Shown: positions 14,280 through 26,718 of the stretch, piece by piece
Position numbering within the stretch: position 1 is the first letter of the stretch
Layout of the letters: each line of letters opens with the position of its first letter
DNA from: the human T2T-CHM13v2.0 reference genome, Homo sapiens
DNA: 64,000 nucleotides
Assembly: GCF_009914755.1 (NCBI RefSeq)
Contig: NC_060929.1
Reading direction: 5' to 3' (one strand)
Program-made: the position numbers and the translations under genes
The notes under the pieces: generated by a model
What the model was told of the DNA's origin: nothing
What the model saw: the letters and a program-made list of their open reading frames with translations, nothing else
Database searches by the model: none

Positions 14280-14492
14280 AATCCAGACATCTGTTGAGCC
14301 CGCAGTTGGTACAGTACCAGTGTGGGGACTCTGGGAAGCAGGGCCGTGAGACGAGGAGGAGCAGCTGCAGAGGGTGCTGTCTGGAGAAGATGCCTTGGAG
14401 CCAGCTCTGTGGAGAGCTTCCGCCACTGTACGGAGCGGAGCCAGAGGCCTCCCGTGCCCCCAGGCCACACACGTACTTCACCCCACACCCAG
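14280..14492 (+). CDS. CEP72: CEP72 exon (exon 6), (E)SRHLLSPQLVQYQCGDSGKQ...RPHTYFTPHP
   Basis: Acceptor ttttaatag|, donor G|gtactt; 213 nt; open in frame. Confidence 0.95.
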
Positions 14493-14502
14493 GTACTTAC
14501 GT

Positions 14503-15183
14503 GTGTCTTAGTCTGTTTTCTGTTGCTGTAACAGAAAACCACAGACTGAGTAATTTATAAAGAACAGAAGCTTATGTGGCTCATGGTTCTGGAGGCTGGG
14601 AAGTCCAAGAGCACGGTGCCGGCACCTGGTGCTGGTCCTCCCATGGCACAGGCAGAAGCATGGTGCAGGCAGAAGCAAGCTCAAGACAGAGAAATGGAGC
14701 TAGACTCATCCTTTATCGGGAACCCAGCCCTGCGCTACAGCATTCCTGCCTCCCTGCGGGCTGGCCCTGTGACCTGTTCCAGACTCATCCTTTATTGGGA
14801 ACCCAGCCCTGCGCTACAGCATTCCTGCCTCCCTGCGGGCTGGCCCTGTGACCTGTTCCAGACTCATCCTTTATCGGGAACCCAGCCCTGCGCTACAGCA
14901 TTCCTGCCTCCCTGCGGGCTGGCCCTGTGACCTGTTCCAGACTCATCCTTTATCAGGAACCCAGCCCTGCGATACAGCATTCCCGCCTCCCTGAGGGTTG
15001 GCCCTGTGACCTGTTCCAGACTCATCCTTTATCAGGAACCCAGCCCTGTGCTACAGCATTCCTGCCTCCCTGAGGGCTGGCCCTGTGACCTGTTCACCTC
15101 TTAAAGGCCCTCCGCTTAATACTGTTAGAGTGGCAATAAGTTTCCAGCTTAGGAACTTTGGGGGGTTCCTTCGAACTACAGCA
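14503..15183. mobile_element. MaLR solo LTR (MST/MLT1A-like) containing an internal VNTR
   Basis: Start tgtgtcttagtctgttttctgttgctgtaacagaaaaccacagactgagtaatttataaagaacag...ggttctggaggctgggaagtccaaga; end cacctcttaaaggccctccgcttaatactg...ctacagca. Confidence 0.75.
14702..15095. repeat. 79-bp tandem repeat, 5 copies
   Basis: agactcatcctttat...gtgacctgttcc starts at 14702, 14781, 14860 and onward. Confidence 0.95.
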
Positions 15184-15594
15184 ACATGAAATCCCTGTCA
15201 ACTTTTACTCCCTTCAGTTCCTTTTTAAGTAGTTAAATATTTTTCACATCGTTTGCTTTTACTATGAAATTTCTCCTGTTCTCTGTGTATTTATTTGTTT
15301 GTGGAACTCTCCAAAATGTCTTTGGAAAGAATGCAGCACATTGAAATTTATAATCCATTCATGGTTTAGATTCATGGTTGGTAAATAAGTGCTTTTTCTC
15401 TGCACGTGTGTGTGTGCACACCCTCCCTCACCCTCTCACTAATGCACACACACTTTTAAGTGTATGGGCCCAGGTTATGGCAATAGCTACATTTTGAAAA
15501 TCAAAGGCGAGAAAAGTTAACCAAGAGTGTCACGTGATACCATGTGATGGCCACCTATGTGGCGTAAGTATCAGAAAACCTCCTGCCGTGAGCA

Positions 15595-15900
15595 GGCCAG
15601 ACACGGTGGCTCACGCCTATAATCCCAATATTTTGGGAGGCCGAGGCAGGCGGATCATTTGAGGTCAGGAGTTTAAGACCAGCCTGGCCAACATGGTGAA
15701 ACCAGGTCTCTACTAAATATACAAAAATATCAGGGCATGGTGGCGGGCACCTATAGTCCCAGCTACTCAGGAGGCTGAGGCATGAGAATCGCTTGAACCT
15801 GGGAGGTGGAGGTTGCAATGAGCCTAGATGGCATCACTACACTCCAGCCTGGGCAATAGAGCAAGACTCCAACTCAAAAAAAAAAAAAAAAAAGAAAAAG
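15595..15900 (+). mobile_element. Full-length Alu (AluS-like)
   Basis: ggccagacacggtggctcacgcc...gaggtcaggag...cactccagcctgggcaatagagcaagactc followed by polyA. Confidence 0.93.
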
Positions 15901-16582
15901 AGAAACCTTGTCTCGCGTGACCCTGGCGCCTCCTGGAAGCTTGCTCATGCCCAACTGGTGAGAGGCAGGGGACCTAGCCAGGTTGTCTGTCAGCCGCTGC
16001 AGGATGTGGTGGGTCATCTTGAGTTGAGCAGGCTGTGGTGGAGGCCAAGGCTGTGCCCGTTTTGTGCCTTCTCCTGCCTTCATTGTCCTTCCACAGACAA
16101 GTTTGCCTTCCCCCGGGTCTTGTGTGTCCTGGGGGCTTAGTGGTCGGTACAGTGCACGGGACCCACCACTTTACGGACCATCAGAGTCTGTCACTTCACC
16201 TGTCTTCAGAGATGGGCGTGTGCTTAGACGTTGTTTGGAATGCGTTGTTGAAGCGTACTGCACGTCGGTCATCATGGGGTGAACACGCGAAGCTGGGCGG
16301 TCCGTGTCTGCTTCATCCAGACTCCCCCAGAGTTTGCGTGTTAGCACGTGTGCCCCAGTATGCCCCTTTCTTCCCTCGGCACCCTCCCTCTGCGTGTGTC
16401 TTTGTGCAGGTGTATGGATGTATGTATGCACGTGGATAGGTGTGCGTGTACATATGTAAGTGTGTGTGTGTGTCCATGTGTGTATATACATGGGCACACA
16501 CATGCCTTTTAAAAGTTACAGTGCTGAACACTGCACCCAGAGAATTTGGCCTGACGTGCGCCCCATCCTCTCTATATCTCAG

Positions 16583-16884
16583 ACTCCATGGATACCGAGG
16601 ACTCGGCCTCTTCTCAGAAGTTGGATTTGTCAGGAGAAATGGTGCCTGGTCCCCTGCCAGCCCCCGGAAAGTGCAGGAAGCGAAGAATGCCTGTTGGAAG
16701 ATTCCAGACGTTTTCGGACCAGGAGGGTTTGGGCTGCCCGGAGAGAACTCATGGGTCCTCCGTGCCCAAGGAGAGCCTGAGCAGACAGGACAGCTCAGAA
16801 AGCAGGAACGGGAGGACCTTGTCTCAGCCTGAGGCCTCGGAGACTGAGGAGCAGAGGTCTCGGGGTGTGACCGACACCAGAGAG
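16583..16884 (+). CDS. CEP72: CEP72 exon (exon 7), (D)SMDTEDSASSQKLDLSGEMV...RSRGVTDTRE
   Basis: Acceptor tctatatctcag|, donor GAG|gtgaga; 302 nt. Confidence 0.95.
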
Positions 16885-16924
16885 GTGAGAGAAGGGCTGG
16901 GGAGCAGCAGGCCCACGGCACTGC

Positions 16925-17120
16925 CTCCCTAATGTGGGGCTGTTACGGCTTTGGCGGGGCCGTGATTACGCCTGCGGCACTGACTGTGTCCCTCCCTGAT
17001 GCAGGGCTGTTACGGCGGTGCCGTGATTACGCCTACGGCACTGACCGTGTCCCTCCCTGATGCGGGGCTGTTACGGCTTTGGCGGTGCCGTGATTACGCC
17101 TACGGCACTGACCGTGTCCC
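16925..17120. repeat. ~60-66-bp tandem repeat, 3 copies
   Basis: gggctgttacggc...gccgtgattacgcct(g/a)cggcactgac(t/c)gtgtccc repeated three times just after the exon 7 donor. Confidence 0.85.
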
Positions 17121-18154
17121 AGGATAAAGGGAATCATCACACTTAGGGTTCCAGGGTGCTTGCTGCTGCGTTTTGTTGGACGTGTGCCTCTGTGCCACAC
17201 GCTGTCCTGCGCTGCTGTTCTGAGTGGAAGCCCCGTGGTGGAGAGAGGGGACTCTGCCTTACGGTGCACAGGGCATTTGTCTCCAAAGCTGGAATCGGGC
17301 ATCTTGGCCGGCTGAGCCATTGATGACCCTTTCGTGAGGGGAGGATCCTGGAGGTCGCTGTGATGAGAGACCGAGTCACTCCACCCTCAGGGTGACCTAG
17401 AGGTCAGGGGGACAACTGGCGCAGGCCCAGTCAGAGGCGTTGAGACACACCTGCTGTAGACATGAGTGCAGACCACCCAGAAGGGAACAGGCAGGGGCTG
17501 TTCACTTGGTACTTGCCACAACGAGGGCTTCAGACTCCCATGCAGGCAGAGGAGCTTGAAGGTGCGGAACTGTGGGACAGGAAGGGAGGCATGGCCGGAG
17601 CTAGAGGCAGCTCCGTAGCAGCATGGGGTGGGGGGGGGTCCCAGAGCTGGGTGGGGCGTGTTTGACGTCCCCGGCAGGTCCTGAGCTGGAAGGAGGCAGA
17701 GATGGGGGAGGTGGGCGGTCTGTTTCAGGGTTATTGTTTGACTCCGGGCCATTGCTGGGGACAGCGCCTGGCACCCTCTACCAGCCTGACTGTGGGTGCA
17801 GGCTGCTTCCTGGGCAGCTCCTTTTGAACACAGGCTCTGACTGCGGCCTGGATGTGTCTTCCGCTTCCCTGTCTGGGTTGAGGGGAGGAGTCTGGGGCCT
17901 GCTTGAGTTGGGAATGTGTGGGCCCCGTCCTGTCCTGTCATCGAGACCTCACTCATCCAGGACCGGTGCACCTGGCTAAGCCTCACTGGGCAGGCACTGC
18001 TGAGCCGCCCTCCACCTGGCTCAGGGCTGGGGCCTCAGGACACCTGTCCTCCCCTTCGTGGTGCGAGGGCATCCCAGGGTGCGCTTGGGCACCTGCTGGC
18101 ATTCAGGACCTCAGTTACTGACTCGCTGGCCTCATGCTGTTGTTTCCATCACAG

Positions 18155-18290
18155 CCGTCTCCCGGGTCACACTCGGCTCTACCCGGGAAGAAGACGGCCC
18201 TGCAGGCGGCGCTCCTGGAGACGCTCTTGGACCTGGTGGACAGGAGCTGGGGCGGCTGCAGGTCCCTGCACAGCAACGAGGCATTCCTTG
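18155..18290 (+). CDS. CEP72: CEP72 exon (exon 8), PSPGSHSALPGKKTALQAALLETLLDLVDRSWGGCRSLHSNEAFL
   Basis: Acceptor tttccatcacag|, donor G|gtgagt; 136 nt. Confidence 0.95.
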
Positions 18291-19473
18291 GTGAGTCAGG
18301 GCGGCCACTGCTCTTGCCCTGTAGGCAGCGTCTGTGTGGGTTCCGGGGTCCTCTGCGTGTGGTGACCTAGGAGTCATCTCAGCCCCAGGTCTCCTATGTC
18401 CCCTCGCACGAGCGTGTGGTGGTCCCGCGCCTGGGCCCTCCCTGGCAGTCTTTGCATCTCACAGTGTCCAGGGCTCTCGGGAGACACCACATGGGCCTGG
18501 GCCTGTGGGTCCCCCGCTGTGCTCTGGGGTGTTGGGGGGCCTGTCACCTCATTTTGCTCAAAATGCTGTCCAAAGGGGCTTGGTTCTGATGGCTGTGATC
18601 ACATGGGGATTTGGAGTTTGGAAGCTGCTCAGCATCTTCTCCCCCGACCCAGACGTGTAGCCTGTGCTGGGCCTGGATTGCAGAGCTTTTGGTTGGTGTG
18701 GGACCCAGGAGGGTGGTCCCTCCCCAGAGAGGACTTGGGTCTGTTGGATTCTACCAGGCAACCCGTACATGAGCACACTGGGGCCTCCCTCATCCAGGAT
18801 CACACTGGGAGACCAGGAGATGCCGCGTCCCCAGGGGCACCTTCTCTTTGTCCTGCATCCTGGGGTGTGGCTGTGTGTGTCCCTCAGGAGCCTAGCCAGT
18901 GTGCTTCTCCCCGCAGACCCTGGGCACGGCTCTGAGCTGTCTGACTGCGCCTTGCAGTGTTATAGCCCCTCAGCTCCTAGAATGAGGACGCCCTGCAGTC
19001 GCAGCCCACCTGGACCCCAGCCCCATAAACCTCCCCTCTCCCTAGGCTGGTGTCCTGTGGGAGCCTCCTGAGCTTGCCATCGTCGGTGGCGGGGGGACTG
19101 TCCCAGGCCCAGGCCACTGTCCCAGTGTGGAGTTGCCAGCTGTCGTCTGCATGGTGGTTTCCACACAGGGCAGTCGGTGCTTGTGGAAGGCGCAGCGAGT
19201 TGTGGCGGCGCCACTGAAACCTTGAGACGTGGCGGCCCCTGGTTGCCCCTTTTCTTGGAGGTCACCTCTTCTCTTTCTTCAGTTCCCACCCTGCCCGTGT
19301 GTGGACGCACAGAGCCTGAGGTGGTTTTGTGGCGCCAACACCCCTTTCCCCTCTCCCTACCTGTCGTCTTTTTGAGGCATCGTCTGTGTGATTCAAAACA
19401 TACTGAGCCGATTTTGTTTACATTTCATCCTTTAAGCCTAAGTGCTAATGTAATATTTGGTTTTCACTCCTAG

Positions 19474-19670
19474 CTCAGGCAAGACACATCTTGTCATCTG
19501 TTGAAGAATTCACAGCAGCTCAGGACAGCTCTGCGATGGTGGGTGAAGATGTCGGCTCCCTGGCTCTGGAGAGTAAGTCCCTGCAAAGCCGCCTTGCTGA
19601 GCAGCAGCAGCAGCACGCCCGGGAGATGAGCGAGGTGACGGCGGAGCTGCACCACGCACACAAGGAGCTG
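19474..19670 (+). CDS. CEP72: CEP72 exon (exon 9), (A)QARHILSSVEEFTAAQD...AELHHAHKEL; start of coiled coil
   Basis: Acceptor ttttcactcctag|, donor CTG|gtgagc; 197 nt. Confidence 0.95.
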
Positions 19671-20069
19671 GTGAGCCCGCCCTGGCGCTGTGTCTGTGTC
19701 CATGTGACTGGGGGAAACATGGCTCTGACTTCCAGGAACGAGGGCAGCTCCTTGATGCCACACTGTCCCAACTGCCATCTCTGCAGCCCCATGTCTCCAC
19801 TCCCTGCCCGGGACCCGGCCACCCCCGGAACGTGGCCTGCCCTGTCTCACAACAGGCCTGGAGCACTTTGGAGACAGCAGTGGCGCTGGCCACCTTCTCT
19901 CCCCGGGCCCAAGGGACCCTCCACCACTGGGCAGTGCCGGGTGCTGCAGGAGCCAGGCCTGGACGTGACTTTGTCTTGCTGACCCATCTCTCAGGGCCTC
20001 GAACTGGGGAAAACCGAGGCCACTCTCCTTTTATGAAGGAGATGACGGCCAGTGTCCCATGGTGAGCTG

Positions 20070-20330
20070 GGGCTACAGGGCAAGTTACCCCAAAACCAGC
20101 AGCTGAAAACCTGCATTTATCACCTTGGATTTCTGTGTATTGGGCCTCAGGCTCAGCTCAGCCAGGCTCCCTCCTTCCGTCTCAGCCGTGGGCCGGGGCC
20201 GCCGTCTCATCTGAGGCCTCATGGGGGCTCTGTCTCAGCCGTGGGCTGGGGCCACCGTCTCATCTGAGGCCTCACGGGACAGGATCCTCCCAGGCTCCCT
20301 CCACGCTGCAAGGGCCTCCCCACGGGCTGC
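20070..20330. mobile_element. Degraded MaLR (MLT1-like) LTR fragment
   Basis: caagttaccccaaaaccagcagctgaaaacc...atttatcacc...gtctcatctgaggcctc loosely resembles old MLT1 LTRs. Confidence 0.4.
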
Positions 20331-20618
20331 TGGCATCCTTAGCACAGGGAGCTGGTGGTCAGAGAGCCACACCCAGGCAGAAGCCGCCCTCCGGGAGTCC
20401 TGGTGTGAGGGCAGAGCCACGTGAGGATGTGCACATCCAGAGGGGCCTTGTCAGCATCTTTAAATTGCGAGTGAAGTCGGCCCGGGACGGCTTCGAAAAC
20501 TGCCTCTGAACTTGTCTGACAAGTACATACTGTCTGTTTCATGGGAACCAACATCTCAGAGATCCCACACAACGCTTCCTCTTTAGAGAAGAAAAACACA
20601 GCAAAACAACACAGGCAG

Positions 20619-21340
20619 CCTCTGTTTAAACGCACGTGGCCCCCGCACCCCGCCTGGAAGCCTCTGCACGTGGCCTTCATCTGGAAGCCTCTGTATTTAA
20701 ACACATGTGGGCCTCCTCCATCTGGAAGCCTCTGTATTTAAACACACGTGGGTCCCCATCCCCCGTCCAGAAGTCTCTGCATTTAAACACACATGGCCCC
20801 CCATCCCCCATCCAGAAGCCTGTGCATTTAAGCACACGTGGTCCCCCGTCTAGAAGCCTGTGCATTTAAGCACACGTGGTCCCCCGTCCAGAAGCCTCTG
20901 CATTTAAGCACACGTGGTCCCCCGTCCAGAAGCCTGTGCATTTAAACACACGTGGTCCCCCGTCCAGAAGCCTCTGCATTTAAGCACACGTGGTCCCCCG
21001 TCCAGAAGCCTGTGCATTTAAACACACGTGGTCCCCCGTCTAGAAGCCTCTGCATTTAAGCACACGTGGTCCCCCGTCCAGAAGCCTGTGCATTTAAACA
21101 CACGTGGTCCCCCGTCCAGAAGCCTGTGCATTTAAACACACGTGGTCCCCCGTCTAGAAGCCTCTGCATTTAAACCAACGTGGCCCCTCCTCTGGAAGCC
21201 TCTGTATTTAAACACACGTGGCCCCTCATCTGGTGGAAGCCTCTGGATTTAAGCACACATGGCCCCTTCTCTGGAAGCCTCTATATTTAAACACGTGTGG
21301 CCCCCCGTCTGGAAGCCTTTATACTGAAACGCACGTGACC
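20619..21340. repeat. 38-bp VNTR, ~19 copies, most carrying CACGTG
   Basis: Unit agaagcctgtgcatttaaacacacgtggtcccccgtcc; tgtgca at 20821 and 20859 gives a period of 38. Confidence 0.93.
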
Positions 21341-21969
21341 GGCTGTCTGGAAAGTGAGCTGGGCGCCGTCACTGATGATGTCTTTTCTGTGGGACACAGT
21401 CAGGCACACCCCTTGCCCTTCTGAGCCTGGGACGAGACAGAGCTGACAGGCGGAGCCCAAAGGTGTGCCGAGCACCAGTGCTGCCAGGGGTGAGAGTCAC
21501 ATGCAGCTGTGGCTGCCGTGGACGCCTGCTTTTTTGCCCTCTGCAGTTTGCCTAACCCCTGCAGTTTGCAGGCAGCCCTGGGCCTCTGGACAGAGCAGCC
21601 CTGGTTCCCTGTCAGGGTGAGTGATCCGGAAGAATCTGGCAGCCCGAGCCCCGCGGGTAAGGAGCAGTCAGCACCGTCAGGAACCCCGCGGAGGGAGCAG
21701 CCGTGCAGGCTGGTGGGCACTGCTTTCCAGGGAGGCCCACATCTGTCACTCCAGAAGCACCCAAGTTTACTCTGCCACGTGAGGACGCTCATCCCTCGGT
21801 CACATGAACCTAGACCTTGCTTCCTTTGGAAGCTGCAGTCGGGTGTCCTGAGGCAAGGTGGCCCCACTTCCAGCTGCTGTGCCTGGCACGGCCTCTGAGG
21901 CAGATGGGCTGCGCCCAGCTTGGGTGCAGTCGGTCCTCTGTTCCCTGCACCTGTCGTGGCCTAGACTCC

Positions 21970-22136
21970 AAAAAATAAAAAATTAGGTGTGGTGGCACAC
22001 TCCTGTCATCCCAGCTATTTTGGGAGGTAGAGGCAGGAGGCTCAGGAGTTGGGGGCTGCAGTGAGCTGTGATTGCTCCACTGCCCTCTAGTTTGTGCGAC
22101 AGAGGGAGACTTTGCCTCAAAGAAACAAATGAAAAA
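21970..22136 (+). mobile_element. Degraded Alu monomer / right-arm fragment
   Basis: aaaaattaggtgtggtggcacactcctgtcatcccagcta...ggctgcagtgagctgtgattgctccactgc...gacagagggagac. Confidence 0.75.
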
Positions 22137-23212
22137 GAGCTGGGAGCTCACAGCCCTGCCTTAAGAGCTCACCGCATCCTTGGGAGGCAAAACCATGAGA
22201 CGTGGCACTGCCAGGAGCTTTCTGGACGACCCAAAGCCCCGCGCGGAGGGCAGGTCATGCTGGTTGGCGCCACTGCAGCAGACACCTTGGGGAGAAGTCC
22301 GCGAAATGAAGAACGGGCCAAGATAAGCCTGAGGGGAATGGTCTCAGACCCAGCGATCAGCTTTCACCATGGGCGTCGGGGGCCTGGCGGGCGCATGCAT
22401 GCTGAGGGGGCTGTCGGCGGGTGGGCTCACTGAGCGGAGAAGGATGAAGCGGCGATACCCCCAGCACGAGGCTTCTGCTGCACAGACTCAGGCGCTCCCT
22501 CCCCTGGTGGCAGTGAGCTGGGGCCTGCTCAGCACCCCCGGCCCCAGGATGTGCCTGCTGGTGCCTGAGAGAGCAGCAGCCAGGTGAGACGGGATCCCTG
22601 GGGACCCTGGCCGCAGGTGCTGGCGGCTTGGATGGCTCACACCTCACCAGACACCCTGGGGCCAGGGAGGGGCAGAGGCTGCCGTGTAGCTGCAGGCGTG
22701 GCCCTTTCCCCTCCTCGATGACAGCTCGTCCTGTGCTCCAGGTCTTCTCCATACTTTGAGGATATGAAAGGAGCCAGAACAGAAGGGGGTTCCTGCAGGG
22801 CCACCGGTGCCTCACACTGGCACCAAGGCCTGGGGCTCGCAGTGTCCGTGAGGGCGTCCTGGAAGAGACAGGGTTCCCCCAACCGCCACCAGCTGCCCTG
22901 CCCAGCATCAGGCCTGCAGGTCCTGCTGGAGCACATGCCTCAGGGAGACTCAGGAGTGGGGCTCTCACAGGACTGGGGCGCTCCTTTCCATCCCTCTCCT
23001 CACTTCCCCCCTCCCCTGAGGGTGCTGCAGGGCTGGGCAGGGCGGGCTGGGAGCAGGGAGATGTACCGTGAAACTGAATTACTGCCTTTCACATCGTGAC
23101 TCCCAAGTATGCAGAAGGAACCCTCTGGGGATTCTCAGGTTTCAGTTTTACTTTCTATACGCATTTTACTGAATTTGACTTGTGCACTTAAGTGTATTTT
23201 CTGTGTCCGCAG

Positions 23213-23339
23213 GATGATTTGAGACAACATTTAGATAAATCTTTGGAAGAGAACAGTAGGTTAAAATCGCTTTTGTTGAGTATGAAAAAGGAAGTGAAGA
23301 GTGCAGACACTGCAGCCACGTTAAATTTGCAGATCGCTG
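23213..23339 (+). CDS. CEP72: CEP72 exon (exon 10), DDLRQHLDKSLEENSRLKSLLLSMKKEVKSADTAATLNLQIA
   Basis: Acceptor ctgtgtccgcag|, donor G|gtaagt; 127 nt; too short for the ORF track but translated by hand. Confidence 0.95.
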
Positions 23340-24317
23340 GTAAGTTGATCGTGTATTTGGTCACTTTGTAAACTTTAGGTGTTCAAATGTGCCTAGGTAG
23401 ACTTTGTTTTAAATTCTTCACTGAGGGAAGTGAGCAGCAGCAGACGCAGTTGGTAAGTGGGGAGCCGAGCCCCTGCCTCACTGGCTGGGGTGGAGGCTGC
23501 CTCGGCCGGAGTTTATGGCACACACGTGTGTCTGGGGCAGTCCTGGCATGGATGTAGGAGGCAAGGCCACCCCTGTCCTCACCCTGCCCAACCGTCCTCC
23601 CCTCAGCACAGGGTGTCAGGGCTGCAGCTGCTGGAGGGGCCTGGTCACTGTGGGGTTTGCTGCTCCTGTCTGGCGTCCTCCCATGGTTATGCTGCCATCG
23701 AATTTGGTGAATGAGCCTGTTGCCCAGCGTCTCAGCGTTACAGATTCAGGTTGCATTTCTGGTGAACCCGTGTCTCTCCCGAGCAGGCCTGCTGTGGTCA
23801 AGATGCAGATCTTTCTCATTTCCCTCTCTTCACTTTTTTTGTTCTGTTTTGCTATTTTTACAAAAGTGTATTCAGTATTTCAAGTTCAGATACCTGGATT
23901 TTAAATAAGGAAATGCTGATGGAGTCTGCTGTCCACGGTAACCTTCTCGGTGTGGCGTGGAGTCTCTTGGAAGTTTTAACTCATACTTCCCTGAGATTGA
24001 CAAGTCGAGCATCTCTTCCTGGTCTAGCCTCTCAGGGGCTCATGGACTTTTCCTCAAAGGCCAGGTAGTAACCGTTTCAGGGCGTGTGGGTCTCACGGTG
24101 TCTGTCCCAACCAGCGGTGGCCTTTGCGGCAGGGAGGCAGCTGTGGATGAGGCCTGTGGCCGCTCTGTCTCCTTTGGGGCAGCGTCTCCTTGGATCTTTC
24201 GCCCGTTGGTTTTTATTGGGTTGTTTTATCGAGCGGTAAGAGTTCCTTAGAGTCTTCTTTTTTATTTATAAATTTTGCTTTTCTACCTTCTGTTTCTTTA
24301 AGATACTGTTATATTTA

Positions 24318-25101
24318 CAACGGGTCCTTGAATAACCGTGTCCATTCAACATCATTTCGTCGTAAAGGTGATGAGAAAAAAAAAAAAAAACAGTTCCCTG
24401 CCCGGGAGAACTGTGTGTGTGGTTTGCTCTCCCGGCTCTGTGGGCTTTCTCTGGGTGCGCTGTTTTCCCCCATGCCCCAAAGCTGTGCACGCCAGGGTGT
24501 TGCTGTGTCTGACCTGTCCCATCTCGAGTGAGTGCAGGCACCAGCCGCCCTGCTGTGCGATGGCATCTGATCAGCACTGGTACCCGCTCCACGCCCTGAG
24601 CTGCTGGGATAGGCTGCAGCCACCTCTGCCCCTGAACTGGAACAACAGAGTAAATAATAGTCTAACTTGTCTTTGTTACTCGGTCTTAAATGTATGCATA
24701 GCTCCCATTTATTTTAGTGTTTAATGTTAGAGGTGTCTTGGTCTTTGGTGGTTTGGTGATGTTCTTGTGACTAGAAATTGCTGTGTGAGCGTCACTCCTG
24801 CTCCCGTCGGCGGCCTGTGTGGACGGTGAATTCGGCTTCGTTACACTGTGTGAGCGTCACTCCTGCTCCCGTTGGCGCCCTGTGTGGATGGTGAATTCGG
24901 CTTCCTTACACTGTGGGAGCGTCACTCTTGCTCCCATCGGCGGCCTGTGTGGACGGTGAATTCGGCTTCGTTACACTGTGTGAGCGTCACTCTTGCTCCC
25001 ATTGGCGGCCTGTGTGGATGGTGAATTCGGCTTCGTTCCACGGCGGTCGCTTTGCTTCGTGGCTGTTTCCAGAACCATCAGTGCGAAGCGAGGACTTGTT
25101 G
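24318..25101 (+). mobile_element. MER6-like (TcMar-Tigger) DNA transposon remnant
   Basis: Begins ta|caacgggtccttgaataac...gatgagaaaaaa; internal gggctttctctgggtgcgctgttttccccc...ccaaagctgtgcac and gctgggataggctgcagc; ends cgaggacttgttg, an imperfect inverted repeat of the start. Confidence 0.7.
24781..25037. repeat. 65-bp tandem repeat, 4 copies, each with GAATTC
   Basis: ctgtgtgagcgtcactcctgctcc...gtgaattcggcttcgttaca starts at 24781, 24846 and onward. Confidence 0.92.
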
Positions 25102-26718
25102 GACTTTCTGTTAGACTCCTTCTTAGCCTTCACTTCCAGTGTGAATTTTTTCTTTTATTGCTAATTCTTCCCTGAGTTCAGAACCCTCTTTTCTGACATT
25201 TCTAATTATGACTTACGTTGTTTTTTCGTTTCTTCTGTCATTTCCTTTTTGTCTCGTAGGGATGTTCTTGCGCCCTAACCCTTTGCCTTACAGAAACTGG
25301 GATTTGGCTTCAATACTTTCTGCTGCTTTTTACATGAAAATTGTGCTTCTGGATTTCAGGGAGGAGGCAGGGTCAGGGCAGGTTTTCTGACCTCATGGAT
25401 CAAGGATAGGGCAGCCTCCTTCGGGGGATTCTCAGGCCCTGTTCTCTCCTCCACCCTTCTCTGATGCCGTCATCCTGGTTGACCTTGACCCTGACCCCAC
25501 ACCAGCTGTTCCTCTTGGTGCAGGCTCTGTTCTAGAAGACCAGGCAGGTCAGCTCTGAGGGATTGCACGGCTGCCTCAGCTTTTGCAGACTGCATGGGGG
25601 CCCCTGGCCTCACCCTCATGGGAGGGGCAGGGCCGTGGTTCCCTGATTGGCCCACTGGGTTTCCCAAGGGAGCAAAGGACACTTGGGGGCTGTCCCGTTC
25701 TCAGAGCTGACGGCCACCCACTGCTGACGGCTGCCTCACTCCCGCAGAGGTGGACATGATGTGTGACTTGTGGCCTCTGGGGGTTTGTCCCAGCCTCTTG
25801 TGTTTGGGGTCCCAAGGCTTCCTTGTCTCTGGGATGCTGTAGTGTTGTCCCTGGGGTTCTGGTTTTGCCGTCTGAGGACTCTTGGTTTGGCCAGCACGGG
25901 GACTGGAAGGTCCTGAAGCTGTGCCGCCCTGCGCTTCCTTCATTCATGCCCTACGTGAACATGTCCATCGACATAGACTTCACGCGGCGTGGCCTTCACA
26001 CTGTGGATGCTCCTGCGGCACTGCTGCCTTGTGGGTGAGAAGAGCCTGCCATCCGTGTCACCATCACCCTTTGCCCACCACCTTCCCCACCTCTGGCTTT
26101 CTCACTGCCTCTGTCACTGTGTGGTTTTGCAAGAGTGTGTCTACATGTGGGTTTATTTGTATCCCGTGTTTGGATTTGGGGAGCCACTAAATAGTATCTC
26201 TCTTCTCCTCTTGTGCTGGAAATCCAGAAACAGGCAGGAGTTTGTAGATGGAAACCAGCCACATATTCCATCACTGATGGTTGCAGAGTCAGAGGGCACT
26301 TTGGAGACCTGTGGCCACTGTGGGCTGCTTGGTGCTTTTCCCGAAACCCACAGGCCCTCCCTTCAGGGGCACAGTGTGCTTCCTTGTGGAGGAGGAACCA
26401 ACAGACAGGCCCAGTGGAGGGACTGCCAGCCAGTGCCGCCTCTCCCTGCCCTCACACAGGGATGTGGCTCCATGGGGGCCTGTGGAGGGCAGACCACACA
26501 GCTGCAGCCTGGGGAGGGCCCAGGGTAGAAACAGCACAGGGAGGGGCCGTGGCATTCATGCTCGCCCTGTCTTTGAGTCTCATTAATACTGATCTTTTCC
26601 AGCTATATTCTTTTACTGGTAACCAAGATCCAGTTTAAATGTAGAATTGTTTTCATTTTCAAAATGTATTAATGAGTTTTACTCATTAATGGTACTTTTT
26701 TTTTTCTTTCTCTTTCAG

